Part shown: in pieces, positions 1 through 6,147 of the stretch
Position numbering within the stretch: position 1 is the stretch's first letter
Layout of the letters: each line of letters opens with the position of its first letter
DNA from: a virus
Lineage: Duplodnaviria > Heunggongvirae > Uroviricota > Caudoviricetes
Length of the DNA: 12,679 nt
Reading direction: 5' to 3' (one strand)
Virus record (IMG/VR): IMGVR_UViG_2693429557_000008
Location: 1-12,679 of that record
Notes under the pieces: model-generated
Databases searched by the model: none
The model's input: only the letters and a program-made list of their open reading frames with translations
Told to the model about the DNA's origin: nothing
Position numbers and translations under genes: made by a program

Positions 1-26
1 TTATCGAATACCTCGGTTTACAGGAA
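1..26 (+). other. Invertase crossover site 1 (gix/cix/hix-like 26-bp site, ttatcgaatacc-tc-ggtttacaggaa) lying inside the tail-fibre reading frame
   Basis: Two imperfect 12-bp half-sites flanking a central TC, resembling hix/gix half-sites (TTATCnAAnACC) as I recall them. An exact inverted copy lies at 2953-2978 and a 2-mismatch inverted copy at 4944-4969. The site is read through in frame as I-E-Y-L-G-L-Q-E-T. Confidence 0.8.
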
Positions 27-971
27 ACGGTAAATCAGGCTTCTGGCGCATTACAGAAAAACCAGAACGGCGCAGATATTCCGGGGAAAGATACCTTCAC
101 CAAAAATATTGGTGCCTGCCGCGCATATAGCTCATGGCTGAATATTGGTGGCGATAGTCAGGTCTGGACAACCGCGCAATTTATTTCGTGGCTGGAGAGT
201 CAGGGAGCATTTAACCATCCTTACTGGATGTGCAAAGGCTCATGGGCTTATGCAAATAATAAGGTCATTACAGATACAGGTTGCGGAAATATTTGTCTTG
301 CAGGTGCTGTGGTGGAAGTTATTGGCACTCGCGGCGCAATGACCATACGCGTTACCACGCCGAGCACGTCCAGCGGTGGCGGAATTACTAACGCTCAATT
401 CACTTATATTAATCATGGTGATGCTTACGCTCCTGGCTGGCGACGAGACTACAACACGAAAAATCAACAACCTGCATTTGCTTTAGGGCAAACAGGAAGC
501 ACTGTCGGAAATGATAAAGCTGTTGGCTGGAACTGGAATAGCGGGGTCTATAACGCAAACATTGGTGGCGCATCGACATTAATCCTCCACTTCAATATGA
601 ATACGGGGAGCTGCCCTGCTGTACAGTTCCGCGTGAATTACAGGAACGGCGGTATTTTTTATCGTTCAGCGCGTGATGGTTATGGCTTTGAAGCTGACTG
701 GTCAGAGTTTTACACCACAACCCGCAAACCCTCTGCGGGAGATGTTGGTGCATATACGCAGGCAGAATGTAACTCAAGGTTTATTACAGGTATTCGCCTT
801 GGTGGTCTGTTATCTGTTCAGACATGGAATGGTCCCGGATGGTCTGACAGGTCAGGTTATGTTGTTACCGGTTCCGTTAACTCAAACAGAGATGAACTAA
901 TTGATACAACTCAGGCAAGGCCAATTCAGTATTGCATTAATGGGACGTGGTATAACGCGGGGAGTATTTAA
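1..971 (+). CDS. Tail fibre protein, variable C-terminal segment A (5' end outside window; constant N-terminal part presumably upstream)
   Basis: Open frame from position 3 to TAA at 969-971. It begins inside the crossover site ([12 protein letters not shown]...) and ends with ...RPIQYCINGTWYNAGSI, a C-terminal motif shared with cassettes B and C. A tfa gene follows 2 nt downstream. Confidence 0.85.
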   Translation, partial: IEYLGLQETVNQASGALQKNQNGADIPGKDTFTKNIGACRAYSSWLNIGGDSQVWTTAQFISWLESQGAFNHPYWMCKGSWAYANNKVITDTGCGNICLAGAVVEVIGTRGAMTIRVTTPSTSSGGGITNAQFTYINHGDAYAPGWRRDYNTKNQQPAFALGQTGSTVGNDKAVGWNWNSGVYNANIGGASTLILHFNMNTGSCPAVQFRVNYRNGGIFYRSARDGYGFEADWSEFYTTTRKPSAGDVGAYTQAECNSRFITGIRLGGLLSVQTWNGPGWSDRSGYVVTGSVNSNRDELIDTTQARPIQYCINGTWYNAGSI

Positions 972-973
972 CG

Positions 974-1507
974 ATGATGCACTTAAAAAACATTTCTGCT
1001 GGTAATCCTGAAACAAAAGAGCAATACCAGCTAACGAAACAATTTAACATCAAATGGCTTTATACAGAGGATGGGAAAAACTGGTATGAGGAACAAAAGA
1101 ACTTTCAGCCTGATACGTTGAAAATGGTCTATGACCACAACGGCGTTATTATTTGTATTGAAAAGGATGTTTCAGCAATTAATCCGGAAGGCGCAAGCGT
1201 CGTTGAGGTTCCTGATATTACAGCAAATCGCCGGGCTGATATTTCAGGTAAATGGATGTTCAAAGATGGCGTAGTGATAAAGCGAACTTATACCGGGGAA
1301 GAGCAGAGGCAACAAGCGGAAAATGAAAAGCAAAGCCTGCTACAGCTCGTCAGGGATAAAACCCAGCTATGGGACTCACAGCTACGGCTGGGCATTATTT
1401 CCGACGAGAATAAACAAAAATTAACCGAGTGGATGCTCTATGCGCAGAAGGTCGAATCCACAGACACCTCCAGCCTGCCAGTAACGTTTCCCGAACAACC
1501 AGAATGA
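974..1507 (+). CDS. Tail fibre assembly chaperone (Tfa) for cassette A
   Basis: ATG ATG at 974, 2 nt after the fibre stop, with GGGGAG upstream. The N-terminus MMHLKNISAGNP...DGKNWYEE...FQPDT is the conserved Tfa N-domain, paralogous to the two - strand tfa genes. Ends TGA at 1505-1507. Confidence 0.9.
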   Translation: MMHLKNISAGNPETKEQYQLTKQFNIKWLYTEDGKNWYEEQKNFQPDTLKMVYDHNGVIICIEKDVSAINPEGASVVEVPDITANRRADISGKWMFKDGVVIKRTYTGEEQRQQAENEKQSLLQLVRDKTQLWDSQLRLGIISDENKQKLTEWMLYAQKVESTDTSSLPVTFPEQPE

Positions 1508-1731
1508 GAGAAGGCCCGCTATCGGGCCTTAATTTTTATTCAGGCTTTTGTGGCCATTCAGGATTTGCCGTATCCACACGGCTGACCAGAACACTGTAGC
1601 GTTCCCATGCTTCCAGTCGTGTGCGTTCCTCGTCCGTCGCCATATTCAGCCTGACAGCGCGTTCCAGCGGCTGGATGACTGATTCAGCTTCGGAAAGCAA
1701 TGCGGCCTTTTGTGATTCGGCCTGTTGTTGC
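1273..1731. repeat. Direct repeat copy 1 (~459 bp, ~98-99% identical to 3141-3599): tfa 3' end, terminator and 3' end of the convergent tfa
   Basis: Aligned by eye at a constant offset of 1868 bp. The only differences seen are about 6 substitutions clustered around the terminator. Confidence 0.85.
1511..1538. terminator. Bidirectional rho-independent terminator between convergent tfa genes
   Basis: aaggcccg-ctat-cgggcctt: 8-bp GC-rich stem with 4-nt loop, followed by a T-run on the + strand and preceded by an A-run, so it is U-rich on both transcripts. Confidence 0.65.
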
Positions 1732-2063
1732 AGTTCCTGTTCTGTATATTCCCTCTTTACTACTTTACCATCCAGAAACATCCATTTTCCGTTATTGTCT
1801 GCGTGACGATTTGCCGTAATATCAGGAACTTCAACTATGCTTAGCCCTTCAGGATTAATAGTTGAAACGTCTTTACTGACAGCAACGATGATGTTGTTCT
1901 CATCGTAAGCAATTTTTATGGTGTCTGGCTGAAAATTCTTTTGTTCCTCATACCAGTTTTTGCCATCTTCGCAAAAGAGCCATACCACGCCCGCTTTTTT
2001 AGTTAGCTGGTATTGTTCCGGTGTTTTCGGATTCCCGGCCTTAATATTTTTCAGGTGCATCAT
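1536..2063 (-). CDS. Tail fibre assembly chaperone (Tfa) for cassette B
   Basis: The track ORF 1536..2099 starts at TTG; the conserved [12 protein letters not shown] start is the ATG at 2063, one nt after the cassette B stop. Its C-terminal ~65 aa are identical to the tfa at 3404..3931. Confidence 0.9.
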   Translation of the reverse strand: MMHLKNIKAGNPKTPEQYQLTKKAGVVWLFCEDGKNWYEEQKNFQPDTIKIAYDENNIIVAVSKDVSTINPEGLSIVEVPDITANRHADNNGKWMFLDGKVVKREYTEQELQQQAESQKAALLSEAESVIQPLERAVRLNMATDEERTRLEAWERYSVLVSRVDTANPEWPQKPE

Positions 2064-2064
2064 C

Positions 2065-2978
2065 TTAAACACTCCCCACGTTGTACCATATTCCCCCAAT
2101 CAATTTCTGAATTGGCCTTCTGGCAACAGTGTCGACAATATCATCCGCATTGCTGTTAATTGCGGCTGTTAAAACATAACCTGACGCATCGCCAAAGCCG
2201 TAGTCGCGCCATACGTTTTTATATTCAATGCTGCCAAGACGAATATCCCGAACGACATGATTATGCAGCCATGTGCTTAACCAGTTGTTTTCCCACACTG
2301 AACCATAAATATCGCCACTAGACGCAACTTGCGCACCACTTCCCAGCGCAAATCCCCCATCTGTTTTAAAAATGAAATCACCACCACCATCTGAACCGTT
2401 ATTAATATGAACACCATCACCACCGTTATCTTTCCACAAAAACATACGAATTCTTCCGTCTTCGTTGGCGAATGTAATGTGGTGGCGGTAATTACTTTTT
2501 AATCTAAAATTGCTGCCATTAGATTCAATATCTTTATAAAGATGTAATCCTAACTCATCAATATGTCCGATGCGCGAACCATTTGAATAGAAGCTAATAA
2601 TACCATCTCCATCTTGCCTAAATCCGGTGTCGTTATCTCCCAGAACAATGGAGTTTTCACCCAGTGCGTTATCAGTAGCTCCAATAGCTAGACCTCCTTT
2701 AATTTTGGCCCCGTGGCTGACAGATATAGCACCTGTTCTCAGATTTATAGCGAATGGCCTTAATGGGCCGATATTACCGTTTTCGCCTTGTCCTTCAGCC
2801 GTCGGAATGAAATGAAGAAAATCTTCTGAACGACGGAAAATTAGACCGAAGGTATCATTGAAAATTCGCAGCGCATTCACCGTGCCAATTTTCAGTTCTC
2901 CGGTCATTTTATCGCCGGAACGCTGAACGGCGTTACCAGCCTTGTTTACCGTTTCCTGTAAACCGAGGTATTCGATAA
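2065..2978 (-). CDS. Tail fibre alternative C-terminal cassette B (silent in this orientation; no start codon or full constant region of its own)
   Basis: The frame runs from crossover site 2 ([17 protein letters not shown]...) to TAA at 2065-2067 and ends ...[18 protein letters not shown]. The track ORF 2065..3201 extends upstream only by reading through the constant-region fragment and the antisense of a tfa fragment. Confidence 0.8.
2953..2978 (-). other. Invertase crossover site 2 (inverted orientation, 26/26 identical to site 1)
   Basis: The reverse complement of 2949-2978 equals window positions 1-30 exactly. Confidence 0.85.
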
Positions 2979-3131
2979 CGGCAGCAACGGTCGATTTCGC
3001 AAGAATATCCCGCCCGACTTTTGTCAGGGTTGCCAGGCTGGCGACATCATTCCCCGTAAAATACGGAAACTTGCCTGCCGCAGTAGTAAGTCCGGCCAGC
3101 GCCGTCAGGGTGGCATCTTTCGGTTGCTTAC
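2979..3131 (-). pseudogene. Fragment of the tail-fibre constant region (3' ~150 bp) abutting site 2 in inverted orientation
   Basis: In frame with cassette B on the - strand: ...[48 protein letters not shown] followed by IEYLGLQ at the site. It has no start codon and ends abruptly at the boundary of the 459-bp repeat. Confidence 0.7.
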
Positions 3132-3140
3132 CCGCAAGCG

Positions 3141-3375
3141 AGTGATAAAGCGAACTTATACCGGGGAAGAGCAGAGGCAACAAGCGGAAAATGAAAAGCA
3201 AAGCCTGCTACAGCTCGTCAGGGATAAAACCCAGCTATGGGACTCACAGCTACGGCTGGGCATTATTTCCGACGAGAATAAACAAAAATTAACCGAGTGG
3301 ATGCTCTATGCGCAGAAGGTCGAATCCACAGACACCTCCAGCCTGCCAGTAACGTTTCCCGAACAACCAGAATGA
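3141..3375 (+). pseudogene. Truncated tfa gene (3' 235 bp, identical to the 3' end of the tfa at 974..1507)
   Basis: 3141-3375 appears base-for-base identical to 1273-1507 by eye. It encodes only the C-terminal ~77 aa (…KRTYTGEEQRQQAENEKQ…PVTFPEQPE). The track ORF 3124..3375 has no Tfa N-domain. Confidence 0.8.
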
Positions 3376-3378
3376 AAC

Positions 3379-3405
3379 AAGGCCCGATATCGGGCCTTAA
3401 TTTTT
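3379..3405. terminator. Bidirectional rho-independent terminator (second copy)
   Basis: aaggcccg-atat-cgggcctt followed by TTTTT. It is part of the 459-bp direct repeat; the stem is conserved and the loop differs by one base. Confidence 0.65.
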
Positions 3406-3931
3406 ACTCAGGCTTTTGTGGCCATTCTGGCTTTGCCGTATCCACACGGCTGACCAGAACACTGTAGCGTTCCCATGCTTCCAGTCGTGTGCGTTCCTCG
3501 TCCGTCGCCATATTCAGCCTGACAGCGCGTTCCAGCGGCTGGATGACTGATTCAGCTTCGGAAAGCAATGCGGCCTTTTGTGATTCGGCCTGTTGTTGCT
3601 GTTCGTCAGCCGTATAAATCCGTTTAACCACAGCTCCGTCCTTAAACATCCACTTACCGGAATCATCAGCACGACGATTAGCTGTAATATCAGGAACCTC
3701 AACGACGCTATAACCTTCAGGGTTAAGCGTGGAGGCATCTTTGGTGATGGCGACAATAATATTATTTGCATCGTAAACAATCTTTATTGTGTCTGGCTGA
3801 AAGTTCTTCACTTCCTCATACCAGTTTTTTCCGTCCTCAGAGTAAAGCCAGATGACTCCGTGCTTCTTTGTTAACTCATACTGCTCCACTGTTTTAGCAT
3901 TACCTGCTTTTATGTTCTTTAAGTGCATCAT
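3404..3931 (-). CDS. Tail fibre assembly chaperone (Tfa) for cassette C
   Basis: ATG ATG at 3931/3928 ([14 protein letters not shown]...), one nt after the cassette C stop. The track ORF start at 3964 is likely an upstream extension. It resembles e14 TfaE-type chaperones as I recall them. Confidence 0.9.
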   Translation of the reverse strand: MMHLKNIKAGNAKTVEQYELTKKHGVIWLYSEDGKNWYEEVKNFQPDTIKIVYDANNIIVAITKDASTLNPEGYSVVEVPDITANRRADDSGKWMFKDGAVVKRIYTADEQQQQAESQKAALLSEAESVIQPLERAVRLNMATDEERTRLEAWERYSVLVSRVDTAKPEWPQKPE

Positions 3932-3932
3932 A

Positions 3933-4961
3933 TTAAATACTCGCCACATTATACCAAGTGCCATTTATATACTTTTGCACTGGCCTGTAATGAACGCCTG
4001 CAATATTATCGGCAGAGTTTTTTCCGGTATCCTGTACGTTAATCCCCGTCAGTACATAGCCTGACGGGCACTGAAAATTCCATGTTTGCCAGTTGTTCAC
4101 TCCATAATATTGCTGTGAACCAAGTCGAACATCTTTCACATATCTGGAATCAAAATTGCCATAGTTGCCGGGAATAACTTGCGAGCCGCAAAGCCAGTTC
4201 CCGTTATTATCCATGTACGCCTGACCATCGGTGCCATTGGCTGTCCTTGAGTTATTAATCATGTAGATGCCAAATTGCTTATTTCCCAGACCGCCAATCA
4301 TAAATTTGCGGTCGGCATGGTCCTGACGGAGCAAAGCCTGAGCACCATCAGTGGATACCGCATTACGTCCCAAAATAACATTCTGGTCACGCATATGAAT
4401 CCACATGCCGGTACTACTGTTAATTGCAAAACGGTTTGCAAATATATCCCCTGTAACATCAAGACCATGCCCCATGCTTATCCGGCCAGTTCTGAGATTA
4501 AGCGTAAAGGGGCGTAGTGGCCCTATATTACCATTTTCCCCTTCATTCTCTCGTGTAGGGATGATATGCAGGCATTCTTCAGAACGACGAAAAATGGCAC
4601 CAAAAGATGAATTAAATATCCTCAGTGCATTGACTGTCGATATTTTCACTTCACTGCTGAAAAGGGCTTCAACAAGAACAGACAAAGCATTCCATTTAAG
4701 ATTCATCAGGTCTTTAGGCCGGGTGCCAATGATGCGGTGTCTCCATTTGAAATATTCATTGCCGTTGTTGCCTGTTTCAAACCACATGTAGGAATCGGTG
4801 TCTGCATCCGAATTATTTTTAAACCCAATCTTTGCCCAGTCAGTATTTCGAATCCAGGCAAGGATTGAGTCGTTTTCAAAAGTAAGTCCACCGGACAACG
4901 TATCGCCATTTTTTTGCACGGCGTTACCAGCCTTGTTTACCGTTTCCTGTAAACCGAGGTT
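3933..4961 (-). CDS. Tail fibre alternative C-terminal cassette C (silent in this orientation)
   Basis: The frame is open from just inside crossover site 3 to TAA at 3933-3935. The track M at 4919 is actually an in-frame GTG (Val) within ...[17 protein letters not shown].... Ends ...[20 protein letters not shown]. The upstream in-frame stop TAA (4962-4964) sits in the outer arm of site 3. Confidence 0.8.
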   Translation of the reverse strand, partial: NLGLQETVNKAGNAVQKNGDTLSGGLTFENDSILAWIRNTDWAKIGFKNNSDADTDSYMWFETGNNGNEYFKWRHRIIGTRPKDLMNLKWNALSVLVEALFSSEVKISTVNALRIFNSSFGAIFRRSEECLHIIPTRENEGENGNIGPLRPFTLNLRTGRISMGHGLDVTGDIFANRFAINSSTGMWIHMRDQNVILGRNAVSTDGAQALLRQDHADRKFMIGGLGNKQFGIYMINNSRTANGTDGQAYMDNNGNWLCGSQVIPGNYGNFDSRYVKDVRLGSQQYYGVNNWQTWNFQCPSGYVLTGINVQDTGKNSADNIAGVHYRPVQKYINGTWYNVASI

Positions 4962-4969
4962 TTAGATAA
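4944..4969 (-). other. Invertase crossover site 3 (inverted orientation; variant outer arm ttatctaaaacc, same central TC)
   Basis: The reverse complement of 4940-4969 is ttatctaaaacctcggtttacaggaaacgg, matching site 1 at 28 of 30 positions. The inner flank (4921-4939) is identical to the flank of site 2. Confidence 0.8.
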
Positions 4970-5023
4970 TGGCCGTTTCCGGCCTGCATGGCATGATTTG
5001 CGCTTTTGGACGGGAGATTCAGC

Positions 5024-5611
5024 GTGCTGATTGGCTATGTAAGGGTATCAACAAATGACCAGAATACAGACCTGCAACGAAACGCTCTTGTTTGTGCAGG
5101 ATGTGAACAAATATTTGAAGATAAATTAAGCGGGACAAAGACAGACCGACCGGGATTAAAACGCGCTTTAAAGCGCCTTCAAAAAGGTGACACGCTGGTT
5201 GTCTGGAAACTGGATCGCCTCGGGCGAAGCATGAAACATCTGATTTCTCTCGTCGGGGAACTACGGGAGCGAGGAATTAATTTTCGCAGTCTGACCGACA
5301 GCATAGATACATCTTCTCCAATGGGGCGTTTTTTCTTCCACGTGATGGGTGCCCTGGCTGAAATGGAACGTGAATTAATTGTTGAACGTACACTGGCCGG
5401 ACTGGCGGCAGCACGCGCACGGGGGCGCACAGGCGGACGTCGACCGAAGCTGACAAAAGAACAGCATGAGCAAATAGCAAGGCTGATCAAAAACGGGCAC
5501 GACAGAAAACAACTGGCAATAATTTACGGCATTGGTATATCGACGATTTATCGTTACCACCCCGCAGGAGAATCAATCGGAACAATAGAGAAGAGTCAGG
5601 AAACAAAATAA
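5024..5611 (+). CDS. Serine-recombinase DNA invertase (Pin/Gin/Cin/Hin family)
   Basis: MLIGYVRVSTNDQNTDLQRNAL... with the catalytic Ser in the YVRVST motif and a C-terminal HTH region. A GTG start at 5024 has GGGAGA 6 nt upstream; the track ORF begins at an upstream TTG at 5006. Ends TAA at 5609-5611. Confidence 0.93.
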   Translation: MLIGYVRVSTNDQNTDLQRNALVCAGCEQIFEDKLSGTKTDRPGLKRALKRLQKGDTLVVWKLDRLGRSMKHLISLVGELRERGINFRSLTDSIDTSSPMGRFFFHVMGALAEMERELIVERTLAGLAAARARGRTGGRRPKLTKEQHEQIARLIKNGHDRKQLAIIYGIGISTIYRYHPAGESIGTIEKSQETK

Positions 5612-5640
5612 CCGCTAATCTGACCATTAGCGGTTTTTGT
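5611..5640. terminator. Bidirectional rho-independent terminator between invertase (+) and U (-)
   Basis: accgctaat-ctgacc-attagcggt: 9-bp stem with 6-nt loop, followed by TTTTTGT on the + strand and by a U-rich run on the - strand transcript. Confidence 0.7.
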
Positions 5641-5646
5641 GTTAAA

Positions 5647-6141
5647 TCAGAACAACCCTTTAACTGAACTGGCCGCGCTGTTAAGGGATGATGTTACCTT
5701 ATCTTTGAAGCCGGACAGCATATCGCTGAACGATGAGGATTGCAGGCGCTCCCGCAAATCCTCATCACAGCGTTCAAGAGTCAGTGAAAATTCTATCTTT
5801 TTCGCCTTACCGTAGCGATCAAACTCGGAGCGGGTCGTATTCGTTTCGGTCAGGACATACATGCCGTAAATCTGCCCGACGCCATCAATCAGAGGCCAGG
5901 GTCGTCCTGTATACGCCTGCGTGGTCAGCAGCGACAGCGACACTTCGCCACCTGTAATTTCAGGATAAAGCACACCAGAAAGAACGATGCGCTCATCACC
6001 TGCACCGATATACTGCCAGCTTGCCGAACGGTTAACGCGTTCATTTTTCACATGCCGCCAGCTTTTGTTTTGCTGTAACTGCTGATGCGGCAATGTACGC
6101 AGCTCAAAAACAAACATGCCGTAGATCATCATCATGGCCAT
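5647..6141 (-). CDS. U: Tail protein U homologue (P2 gpU-like)
   Basis: About 160 aa, immediately downstream of the tape measure gene, with a …SWRH…LSGVL.PE.TGG… pattern I recall from gpU. The start is ambiguous among ATGs at 6141, 6135 and 6132; GAGGAG at 6144-6149 favours 6135 or 6132. Confidence 0.8.
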   Translation of the reverse strand: MAMMMIYGMFVFELRTLPHQQLQQNKSWRHVKNERVNRSASWQYIGAGDERIVLSGVLYPEITGGEVSLSLLTTQAYTGRPWPLIDGVGQIYGMYVLTETNTTRSEFDRYGKAKKIEFSLTLERCDEDLRERLQSSSFSDMLSGFKDKVTSSLNSAASSVKGLF

Positions 6142-6147
6142 GACTCC

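Larger units (their letters stand above)
3141..3599. repeat. Direct repeat copy 2
   Basis: Same alignment as copy 1. Identity stops abruptly at both ends (3140/3141 and about 3599/3600). Confidence 0.85.

Noticed and set aside
2065-3201. The 378-aa - strand ORF in the track looks like a complete tail-fibre gene
   Set aside because: Its N-terminal ~23 aa come from reading the antisense of the duplicated tfa fragment, then the constant-region fragment and site 2. The real unit is the promoterless cassette B at 2065-2978.
3124-3375. An 83-aa + strand ORF that could be a small gene
   Set aside because: It is the 3' end of a duplicated tfa with no Tfa N-domain, so it is annotated as a gene fragment.
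4971-4984. Small hairpin ggccg-tttc-cggcc just outside site 3
   Set aside because: Only a 5-bp stem with no T-tract. It could be part of an extended recombination site or an accessory binding region, but that cannot be judged from sequence alone.
5179-5560. Antisense ORFs (61-103 aa) overlapping the invertase gene
   Set aside because: They sit opposite a strongly conserved invertase coding sequence and have no start context; most likely frame artefacts.
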